A stretch of 20,316 bases of DNA from positions 1-20,316 of the IMG/VR virus record IMGVR_UViG_3300047468_000065; one strand, written 5' to 3'. Numbering within the stretch: position 1 is the first letter of the stretch; each line of letters starts with the position of its first letter. This stretch comes from a virus. This document shows, one piece after another, positions 1 through 6,669 of this stretch. A program made the position numbers and the translations under genes. The notes under the pieces are model-generated. The model was not told the DNA's origin and did no database searches. It saw only the letters and a list, made by a program, of their open reading frames with translations.

Positions 1-120
1 CCGCCGCGCCGACCACGTGGACGGCGCCCGGTTCTGCGAATGTCTCAAGTCCGCCGACTGGCCGCCCGGCGCCGACTACGCGGTGCACGGCTACCTGGAC
101 ACCAACCCTTCCCGCGACGA
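1..120. repeat. Left copy of the exact 120-bp terminal direct repeat (equals 20197-20316)
   Basis: Base-by-base comparison of the first 120 nt with the last 120 nt of the window shows they are identical. Confidence 0.95.
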
Positions 121-847
121 GGTGGACGTAGCCCGCGCCAAAGCCGCGGAACTGCGCGACCGGGAACTGCGGGTGCAGGTCCGCCACCGCGACCGGGACC
201 GCTGCCGCTACTGCGGTACCGCGGTGCGGTGGGCCGACCACCGGTCCGGCCAGGGCGGCGTGCTCGACCATGTCGACCCGTCCTACGCCGCCGGTGCGGC
301 CAACCTCGTGGTGGCGTGCCGTAACTGCAACAGCCGCAAAGGCAACCGCACCCCCGCGCAGGCCGACATGGTGCTGCTGGACCCGCCCGCCGACCCGGTG
401 CCGGACCCGGCACCGACCCGCGGAACGGGCGCGGGTCCGACTACTCACGTGCCTGCACGGGACGGGACGGTGACGGGTCCCCGCCCCTCGCCGCCCCCAC
501 TGCAACTGGACCTGACCGGGGGGGAACTGACCGGGGCGGCTGGGCTCACCGGCAACGGCGAGCCGCCCCGGTCAGGTGGGGAAGGCGGGGCCGGCGACGT
601 GGACAACGTCGGCCCCGCCCGCACCCGACGCACCCGCACCCGCCCCAACCCGTACCTGCGGTCAGGTTCCACCGGTCCAGCGCCGGAAAACCACGCCGGC
701 CTGCCCGGACCCGACGCGGGTCCCTCCGCATTCGACCCACCCGGCTACGACCCGCCCGACTACGACCCGCCCGGGTTCGACCCGCCCGGCTACGACGCGG
801 ATGAGGACCCGGGCTGGCCACCGCCGGACCCGCAGGCCCCGCCATGA
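2..847 (+). CDS. HNH endonuclease, 3' part, with a long Pro-rich low-complexity C-terminus
   Basis: Shows the HNH/zinc-ribbon pattern CRYCG...LDHVDP...NLVVACRNCNSRKGNRTP. High third-position GC. The C-terminal ~150 aa are Pro/Gly/Asp-rich and include (F/Y)DPPG repeats. The frame is open back to base 2. Confidence 0.8.
   Translation, partial: RRADHVDGARFCECLKSADWPPGADYAVHGYLDTNPSRDEVDVARAKAAELRDRELRVQVRHRDRDRCRYCGTAVRWADHRSGQGGVLDHVDPSYAAGAANLVVACRNCNSRKGNRTPAQADMVLLDPPADPVPDPAPTRGTGAGPTTHVPARDGTVTGPRPSPPPLQLDLTGGELTGAAGLTGNGEPPRSGGEGGAGDVDNVGPARTRRTRTRPNPYLRSGSTGPAPENHAGLPGPDAGPSAFDPPGYDPPDYDPPGFDPPGYDADEDPGWPPPDPQAPP
731..796 (+). repeat. 15-bp in-frame tandem repeat, about 4.4 copies, encoding (F/Y)DPPG pentapeptides
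   Basis: The units are ttcgacccacccggc / tacgacccgcccgac / tacgacccgcccggg / ttcgacccgcccggc / tacgac. Confidence 0.9.
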
Positions 848-1131
848 GGCGGTGGGGTGGCCGCCGCGCAGCACTGCTGACCCTGCTGGTCCTGACCCGC
901 GACCGCCACATCTGCCAGTGCACCGGCGGCTGCACCTGGCACGTGGCCGGCGACGGCGGTACCCGGTGCCCGCGGCGGGCCACCACCGCCGACCACTGGC
1001 CACTACGCCGCGACGAGGGCGGCCCCGACACCCTGGACAACCTGCGGGCCGCCTGCCGGTCATGCAACTCAGCCGACGGGGCCCGCTACGGCAACACCAA
1101 ACGGGCCGGCTACCCCACCCAACGGATGTGA
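844..1131 (+). CDS. Second, small HNH endonuclease (95 aa)
   Basis: ATGA overlap with the upstream HNH gene. Motif CQCTGGC...ADHWPLRRDEGGPDTLDNLRAACRSCNS, an H-N-(H/N) core with Cys pairs. Confidence 0.75.
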   Translation: MRRWGGRRAALLTLLVLTRDRHICQCTGGCTWHVAGDGGTRCPRRATTADHWPLRRDEGGPDTLDNLRAACRSCNSADGARYGNTKRAGYPTQRM

Positions 1132-1208
1132 CCACAGTGGACGCATGTCCCTGACCGGCGGCTCAGCACCCGACGGGACCAGCGCAGGACCACACTAGGT
1201 AGGTGGAA

Positions 1209-1517
1209 ATGAATCTGTCCGGGAAGCTCCCCGACGACGAGGTGAACGGCATGCACCGGGTGGCCCTCGACCTCGTCGAGGACCCGGCACAGGTCCGGCT
1301 GGCCGTCATCGAATACAACGTGTCCAAAGTGGTCACCGACATTGAGACGGGGGCCCGCACCCCGACGCTGCGGATTCTGCGCATCGAGCCGGTGGTGGAC
1401 CGCGACGAGGTGCTGCGGGTGTCGGCCCTGCTGGGTCGCGAACGTAACCGCCGCCACCACCGCGGCCCGCTGCCCGGTCAGCTGGACCTGCTGGACCCCG
1501 ATGTGGAGGTTGACTGA
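1209..1517 (+). CDS. Hypothetical protein
   Basis: ORF with high GC3. ATG 1209 (alternative GTG 1203) is preceded by AGGTAGGTGG. I recognise no motif. Confidence 0.55.
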   Translation: MNLSGKLPDDEVNGMHRVALDLVEDPAQVRLAVIEYNVSKVVTDIETGARTPTLRILRIEPVVDRDEVLRVSALLGRERNRRHHRGPLPGQLDLLDPDVEVD

Positions 1518-1518
1518 C

Positions 1519-1800
1519 ATGCCTGCCTGCAAGACGTGTCGCTGCACCATTTTCTGGGCGGTGTCCGCCTATGACCGGCCCATGCCGGTGGACCTGGCCC
1601 CCTCACCCCGCGGCAACCTCGTGCCGGTCCGCGACGACCGGGACCGGGTGGCGCGCGACGCGCAGGGCCGCCCGTACCTGCGGGTCCTGAACGCCGCGCA
1701 GGTGGCCGCCTACCAGGGCCCCCGCTGGATCGGGCACTTCGCCACCTGCCCGCAGGCGCCCACGCACCGCAGCAGACCCCGGGCCCGGGTCGGATCATGA
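1519..1800 (+). CDS. Hypothetical Cys-rich protein, possible zinc finger (CxxC...H..C)
   Basis: ATG 1519 lies 1 nt after the upstream stop and is preceded by GGAGG at 1505-1509. The product begins MPACKTCRC and ends ...HFATCPQ. The ORF-track start at 1342 would overlap the previous gene extensively. Confidence 0.6.
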   Translation: MPACKTCRCTIFWAVSAYDRPMPVDLAPSPRGNLVPVRDDRDRVARDAQGRPYLRVLNAAQVAAYQGPRWIGHFATCPQAPTHRSRPRARVGS

Positions 1801-1982
1801 CCGGCCTACTGGCGGCGCTCGGGCTGGTGGCGGCGTTGGTGCGCCGGTGGTGGCGCGACGCGGTCACCGACCGGGTGGCCTGGCTGGTCGAGGACCTGCG
1901 CGGCAGCGACACGTCACCCTTTGACGACGACACCGCCCACTGGCTGGCCCCCTACCGGCACAAGATCGGCAGCAGTCGATAG
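1797..1982 (+). CDS. Small protein with one N-terminal hydrophobic (TM-like) segment
   Basis: ATGA overlap with the upstream gene. N-terminus LLAALGLVAALV followed by RRWWR. Confidence 0.5.
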   Translation: MTGLLAALGLVAALVRRWWRDAVTDRVAWLVEDLRGSDTSPFDDDTAHWLAPYRHKIGSSR

Positions 1983-2002
1983 CCCACTGAACGGAGAAAA
2001 CG

Positions 2003-2269
2003 ATGCCCGCCAACCCGCCCGACCTGTCCGAGGTCATCATCCGTGTGCACGCCTGCGGGTGTGTCACCGTCACCGGGCAGCTGCCCCCCAACGTCGTGGC
2101 CGGCACGCTGGCCATCGCGGCGCTACAGGTGGCCACCCACCCCGCCGGTATCACCACCGGGCACTACCCGTGCAACGACGGCACCACCGCCAACGCCGCC
2201 GACGGGCAGGTGGTCCGGGAACTGATCGCCGAAAGGTTCCTGCAGCCGCTGCGCAACCGGACCGCCTGA
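2003..2269 (+). CDS. Hypothetical protein
   Basis: GGAG sits 6 nt upstream of ATG 2003. High GC3. Confidence 0.6.
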   Translation: MPANPPDLSEVIIRVHACGCVTVTGQLPPNVVAGTLAIAALQVATHPAGITTGHYPCNDGTTANAADGQVVRELIAERFLQPLRNRTA

Positions 2270-2272
2270 AAG

Positions 2273-2292
2273 GACCACTGTGGACACCCCCG
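2273..2292 (+). repeat. Exact 20-bp direct repeat, copy 1 (gaccactgtggacacccccg)
   Basis: Identical to 9274-9293. It spans the GTG start codon of gene 2280..2795. Confidence 0.9.
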
Positions 2293-2795
2293 ACATTCCC
2301 CACACCCCCGACGGTGTGCTGGTCCTGGTGGTCACCGACCACGCCGCCCTGCTGACCCGGCTGCCCCGGTCCCTGGACGCCTACCGTTCCGTGATCGGCG
2401 GCGGCTGGCTGGAAGGCCTGTACCCGGCGGTCTACCAGGTCAACGACCGGGCCCTACCGCCGTGGCGCGCCTACTGCGACGAGGACGGACTAGTCAAAGG
2501 CCTACCGCGCAACCTCACCGCCACCCGGCTGGCCCGCGCCGCCGGCTGGACCCGGGAAGAGTTCCTGCACGGGCCGGTCATGTTCATCGGCGACCGGCGC
2601 GACGATGACGGTGACGTGCCGGCGCCGCTGGTCACCCTGGCCCGCGCGTTCATCACCATGCCCGAGGACCCCTACTGGTGCCGGGGCTGCGGCCAGGTCG
2701 CATGGCACCCCAACGACTCCCGACTGGGCTACTGCGCCACCTGCCACACCTACGCGGTAGACGCCGACACGTCAAGATCAGCCGGGACTGACTAG
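2280..2795 (+). CDS. Hypothetical protein, possibly DUF3846-like, with a C-terminal CxxC...CxxC tail
   Basis: GTG start preceded by AAAGGA. The central pattern (GGGWLEGL...YCDEDGLVKGLPRNLTATRLA...HGPVMFIGD) resembles my recollection of the DUF3846 family. The C-terminus has CRGCG...CATCH. Confidence 0.45.
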   Translation: MDTPDIPHTPDGVLVLVVTDHAALLTRLPRSLDAYRSVIGGGWLEGLYPAVYQVNDRALPPWRAYCDEDGLVKGLPRNLTATRLARAAGWTREEFLHGPVMFIGDRRDDDGDVPAPLVTLARAFITMPEDPYWCRGCGQVAWHPNDSRLGYCATCHTYAVDADTSRSAGTD

Positions 2796-2834
2796 CGCTC
2801 GCCAACCATCGACGTACCGAAAGGAGTGGGCCCC

Positions 2835-3656
2835 ATGGTTACCCGCGACGACGTCATGCGGCGTACTGGGCTATGGCCCATCAACTCAGTGCCCTACTCA
2901 CAGAGCGGTTACAACTCCCCCACCGGCCACCGGCAGGACTGTTCCGGCTACGCCTCCATGTGCCTGGACCTCCCGACCCCCGGGTACTCCACCGTTTCCT
3001 TTGTCACCAACGGGGTGGTGTACGAGATCGGGTGGGAGGAAATCCAGCCCGGTGACCTCATCGGACACATGGGTGAGGGCACCGGCGGCAACGGTGGACA
3101 CGTCCGCGTCTACAAGGGACGGACCCCCGACGGCGGTTGGCAGTGGTATGAGCAGGCGGTCGGATCGACCGGACCCGACCTGACGACAGCGTCCGAGGTG
3201 GACACTGACTGGTACCGGGCATACAGGTTCGTAGATATCGAGGAGGATGGCATGGGATTCGAGGAGTGGTCAGCGTCCAACCCCGACGCGCAAGCATCAT
3301 GGGCCCTGACTCAGGGCAGCGAAGGGTATGCGGGTCACCAACGCGATACCGCGCTGGCGTTCACGTGGGAGAGCGCGAACAACGCCAACAACCGACTGTC
3401 CAGATTGGAGCCCGTGGTTGCCCTCGCGTCCGTCGCTGCCATCCTGGGCGCGGTGTTCTCTGCGCTGGCCTACCTGCCCGAGGATGCGGCCACCTGGGCC
3501 GTTCCGGCTGCCGGCGTGCTGGGCTTCATCGCCATCGTTTCGATCCTCGTCTACATCTTCACGAACCGCTACGGTACGAGCCCCGCCCCACCAATGCCCC
3601 CCAACGACCGGACCCGCCTGGTCACCTCGACCGGCGCGCCTCGTCGGCGGGACTAG
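2835..3656 (+). CDS. NlpC/P60-like cysteine peptidase (endolysin) with two C-terminal transmembrane segments
   Basis: AAGGAG at 2821-2826 lies 8 nt upstream of ATG 2835 (the ORF track begins at GTG 2826). Catalytic-type motifs DCSGY, PGDLIGH and GGHVRVY are present. Two hydrophobic segments of about 21 aa lie at nt ~3411-3476 and ~3498-3560. Confidence 0.7.
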   Translation: MVTRDDVMRRTGLWPINSVPYSQSGYNSPTGHRQDCSGYASMCLDLPTPGYSTVSFVTNGVVYEIGWEEIQPGDLIGHMGEGTGGNGGHVRVYKGRTPDGGWQWYEQAVGSTGPDLTTASEVDTDWYRAYRFVDIEEDGMGFEEWSASNPDAQASWALTQGSEGYAGHQRDTALAFTWESANNANNRLSRLEPVVALASVAAILGAVFSALAYLPEDAATWAVPAAGVLGFIAIVSILVYIFTNRYGTSPAPPMPPNDRTRLVTSTGAPRRRD

Positions 3657-3742
3657 GCCCGCGTCCATCGTCAGGAAAGTTTGACCGCACACATTAGACG
3701 CTCAGCCGGGACCACCGGCACCGTTGGAAAGGAAGGCAAGAC

Positions 3743-3910
3743 ATGACAACGCAACAGGTCAACCCCGGCGGGGACCAGCCCGACCCGGCCACGCCCGACC
3801 CGGCCACGCCGGACCCGGCCACGCCCGACCCGGGCACCCCGGACCCGGCCACGCCCGACCCGGGCACCCCGGACCCGGGCACCCCCGACGCGGTGGCGTC
3901 GCTGCGGTGA
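3743..3910 (+). CDS. 55-aa repeat microprotein (seven PDP(A/G)T repeats), translationally coupled to the methyltransferase
   Basis: GGAAAGGAAGG lies upstream of ATG 3743. This frame has much higher GC3 than the overlapping frame of ORF 3724. Its TGA (3908-3910) overlaps GTG 3907 of the next gene. It is below the size cutoff of the supplied ORF track. Confidence 0.6.
   Translation: MTTQQVNPGGDQPDPATPDPATPDPATPDPGTPDPATPDPGTPDPGTPDAVASLR
3779..3889 (+). repeat. 15-bp tandem repeat, about 7.4 copies (cccgacccggccacg and variants)
   Basis: Seven consecutive 15-nt units were read directly. The variants differ at 1-3 positions (ccc/ccg, gcc/ggc, acg/acc). Confidence 0.9.
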
Positions 3911-4431
3911 CCGTGCAGGACCCGCTGTTTGCGCTGACCGGTGACGACGTGGCGCTGACCACCGACGAGTGGTACACCCCGCGGTGGATCTTTGCCGCCG
4001 CGGCGTTGACCTTCGACCTCGACGTCGCTGCCCCGGTGTCACCGGTCCTGCGTACCTGCCCGGCCCTGCACCACCTGACCGCCGCCGACGACGGGCTGAC
4101 CAGCCCGTGGTCGGGGGTGGTGTGGATGAATCCGCCCTACAGCAAAGCCGCCCCATGGGTGGACCGGTGGGCCGCCCACCCTGACGGGCTGGCCCTGCTG
4201 CCGGCCCTGCCCGAGGTGACCTGGTCCGGTGTGCTGCTGTCGGCAGCACACACCGTGTGCCTGCTGGGTGTCACGTTCGGGCGGCCCGACGGTAGTCAGG
4301 CCCGGCTGCGCTGGCCCTGCCTGCTCGTCGGGCGCGGGTCCGCCGCCCCGGCGGTGGCGCGGGTGGCCGCCGCCGACCCCTACCGGCGCGGTGCGTACCA
4401 CGTCCACCCGGACTGGACCGGCCCCCGCTGA
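3907..4431 (+). CDS. Phage Dam-type DNA N6-adenine methyltransferase (orphan)
   Basis: DEWYTPRWIF plus the catalytic NPPYS motif, as in the phage N-6-adenine methyltransferase family. I placed the start at GTG 3907 (alternative 3913). The upstream part of ORF 3724 has low GC3 and is better explained by the repeat microprotein frame. Confidence 0.7.
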   Translation: MTVQDPLFALTGDDVALTTDEWYTPRWIFAAAALTFDLDVAAPVSPVLRTCPALHHLTAADDGLTSPWSGVVWMNPPYSKAAPWVDRWAAHPDGLALLPALPEVTWSGVLLSAAHTVCLLGVTFGRPDGSQARLRWPCLLVGRGSAAPAVARVAAADPYRRGAYHVHPDWTGPR

Positions 4432-4560
4432 CCCCCCGTTTTTCGTGGCCGCCGGGGGTGGCGGAAGCCCCGCGGCTGCCCGATCTCTCCCCCCTTCGAC
4501 CGGGGCACCCCTCGAAAATCTCAAGATCACAAACGGCAGTCACAAGATCGAGGAGTGAAC

Positions 4561-4848
4561 ATGTCTGAACCGGACCAGGAAGAACAGGCCGCCCACTACA
4601 TGACCACCATCGACCGGGCCCACGCTGAGATAGCGCGCCTGGACGCGGTCATGCGCGACATGGACCTGACCGAGGTGGCACCCGCCGACCAGCTGACGAT
4701 GGGTCTGCAGATGTCGATGGCGCTGTGCATGCTGGCCGCCGCCGAGGCGGTCATTGACCTGTCGCTGAGTGTTGACGCCGACCAGCCGGCTGGCCGCCAC
4801 GAGGCGCGCTGGACGGTACCGCAGCGCCGACCCGCTACCTACGTGTGA
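4561..4848 (+). CDS. Hypothetical protein
   Basis: GAGGAG at 4550-4555 lies 5 nt upstream of ATG 4561. High GC3. Confidence 0.55.
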   Translation: MSEPDQEEQAAHYMTTIDRAHAEIARLDAVMRDMDLTEVAPADQLTMGLQMSMALCMLAAAEAVIDLSLSVDADQPAGRHEARWTVPQRRPATYV

Positions 4849-4851
4849 CCG

Positions 4852-5244
4852 GTGGGCCGGCGACGCGACCCGCCCCCGGACCAGACGCCACTGTTCGCGC
4901 CTGGCCCGGTCCGGAAAGGTCGCGTCGAGGTGGCCGTCGACAAGGCGGTCACCGCCGGCTACCGCGACGACGTGGTGTCGGCGGCGTTGGACGCCGGCAT
5001 GGTGGCCCTGGCCCGCACCCTGGCCCGGCAGCTGGACCACGCCGCCCGCACCGTTGACCCGTGGGCCCTTTCCCGGCTGTCGGGGGAACTGCGCGCCGTG
5101 CTGGGTCAGCTGCGGCTGGACCCGACCAGCCGGGGCGGAATGCGCCGCGACGAGTTCGCTGACCTGATAGCCACCCTGGCCCGGCCCACTCTTGCCGCAC
5201 CGGGCGGGCCCGATGACGACACCGCGCCACCACACCCGGCGTAG
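4852..5244 (+). CDS. Putative terminase small subunit
   Basis: It sits immediately upstream of and overlaps the large terminase. It is a small helical Ala/Arg/Leu-rich protein (ALARTLARQLD...LSGELRAVLGQLRL), typical of actinophage TerS. The call rests on position and resemblance only. Confidence 0.45.
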   Translation: MGRRRDPPPDQTPLFAPGPVRKGRVEVAVDKAVTAGYRDDVVSAALDAGMVALARTLARQLDHAARTVDPWALSRLSGELRAVLGQLRLDPTSRGGMRRDEFADLIATLARPTLAAPGGPDDDTAPPHPA

Positions 5245-6637
5245 CCCGGACCGGCCCACGTTCGGGCCCGCCGTGGCCACGCTGGGCGCGGCGCTGGGCA
5301 CCCCTTTCATGCCGTGGCAGCGCCGGGCGGTGGACGTGGCGCTCGAGGTGGACCCGGCCACCGGTGAGCCGGCCTACTCCACCGTCGTGCTGCACGTCCC
5401 CCGGCAGGCCGGTAAGACGACGATCATCCTGCCGGCGTCGCTGCACCGGTGCCTCACCAACGCCGACGTCTGGACGTGGTACACCGCGCAGAAACGGGCC
5501 GACGCCAGGGACACCTTCCTTAAGCAACTCAAGGCGGTACGGCGGTCCCCGCTGCGACCGCCCCGGTCGAAGCTTCGGGAGTCCAACGGGTCAGAACGTA
5601 TCGAGTTCCCCGTCACCGGTTCCACGTACGGGCTGTTCGCACCCAGCGACGACGCGATGCACGGCAAAGCCAACGCGATGGTGACGGTGGATGAGGGCTG
5701 GTCCTTCGACGAGGTCCGCGGTCGGGAACTGCTGCAGGGAATCCTGCCCACGTTCTCCACTGTGGCCGGCCAGCTGTGGATCATTTCCGCCGGTGGCACC
5801 GCCGCGTCCACCTGGCTGCACGCCTACATCGAACGGGGCCGGGCCGCGGTGGCCGCCGACCGCCGGGAAGGGTTGTGCTTCATCGACTACGGCGTACCCG
5901 ACCGCACCAAACCCGAAGACGTCACCGTCGACATGGTGATGGCCCACCACCCGGCGTCGGGGTACACGCTGCGGCGCCGGGCTGTGCAGGACGCTGCCGA
6001 ACAGATGGACGCCGGAGAGTTTGCTCGCGCGTACGGCAACGTCTGGACCACCACCCCTGAGTACGCCATTGACCAGAACGCATGGCGGACCGCGGCGGCC
6101 CGGGTGGAACTGCCCGCCCCCGGTGGCGTAGCGCTGGCCTTCGACGTGGCGCTGGACGGCGCAGACGCCACCATCGCCGCCGCGTGGCGCCGCCCCGACA
6201 CCGGCGGCGTGCACGCCGAGATCGTGCACCACGACCGCGGGTCGCTGTGGGTCCCGGACCGGGTCATCGCCGCGGTTGACCGGTGGTCGCCGGTGGGCAT
6301 CGGCTACGACACCCGCGGCCCGTCCCCCGACGTCGCGGACAAGGTGGCCCGCGGCGGTCACATGCTGCTGCCCACCGGGTCCCGGGACATGGCCGCCGCG
6401 TCGGCGGCGCTGCTGGCCGACGTGCTGGCCGCCCCGCCCCGGTTCACCTACACCCCGCACCCGGCGCTGGACGCCGCCGCCGCCGCCGCGGCCCGCCGCG
6501 ACCTCGGCGACGCCTGGACGTGGGGCCGCCGCGCATCGGCGGCGTCGATCTCACCGCTGATAGCGGTCACCCTGGCCGCCTGGTGGCTGGACCACGCCCC
6601 GGTGGAACCGGAACCGGAACGGTTCGAGATCCTGTGA
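5213..6637 (+). CDS. terL: Terminase large subunit
   Basis: FMPWQRRAV followed by the Walker A-like PRQAGKTT. Size and position are right for TerL. The start is uncertain (ATG 5213, TTG 5192 or GTG 5273). Confidence 0.85.
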   Translation: MTTPRHHTRRSPDRPTFGPAVATLGAALGTPFMPWQRRAVDVALEVDPATGEPAYSTVVLHVPRQAGKTTIILPASLHRCLTNADVWTWYTAQKRADARDTFLKQLKAVRRSPLRPPRSKLRESNGSERIEFPVTGSTYGLFAPSDDAMHGKANAMVTVDEGWSFDEVRGRELLQGILPTFSTVAGQLWIISAGGTAASTWLHAYIERGRAAVAADRREGLCFIDYGVPDRTKPEDVTVDMVMAHHPASGYTLRRRAVQDAAEQMDAGEFARAYGNVWTTTPEYAIDQNAWRTAAARVELPAPGGVALAFDVALDGADATIAAAWRRPDTGGVHAEIVHHDRGSLWVPDRVIAAVDRWSPVGIGYDTRGPSPDVADKVARGGHMLLPTGSRDMAAASAALLADVLAAPPRFTYTPHPALDAAAAAAARRDLGDAWTWGRRASAASISPLIAVTLAAWWLDHAPVEPEPERFEIL

Positions 6638-6669
6638 CACACCCACATCCGTCGCAGTGATCGGCTACG

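Noticed and set aside
576-1154. Alternative-frame + strand ORFs overlapping the annotated genes, for example 576..1154, 40..324, 4769..5167, 6657..7184, 11556..12245, 13141..13752 and 17882..18370.
   Set aside because: Their products are low-complexity and Arg/Pro-rich. They have lower third-position GC than the chosen frames and overlap genes with clear family motifs.
3779-3889. The 15-bp tandem repeats here and at 731-796 as a possible CRISPR array or satellite.
   Set aside because: The units are directly abutting with no spacers. They are only 15 bp long and in frame within coding sequence, encoding pentapeptide repeats. No cas genes are present.
3724-3906. An N-terminal extension of the methyltransferase from TTG 3724 (the 'PGHARPGH' repeats), as given in the ORF track.
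   Set aside because: This frame has many A/T-ending codons (gaa, gca, aga, cat, cga, gga). The overlapping frame from ATG 3743 has a strong SD and near-uniform G/C third positions, and it ends in a GTGA overlap with an internal GTG start.
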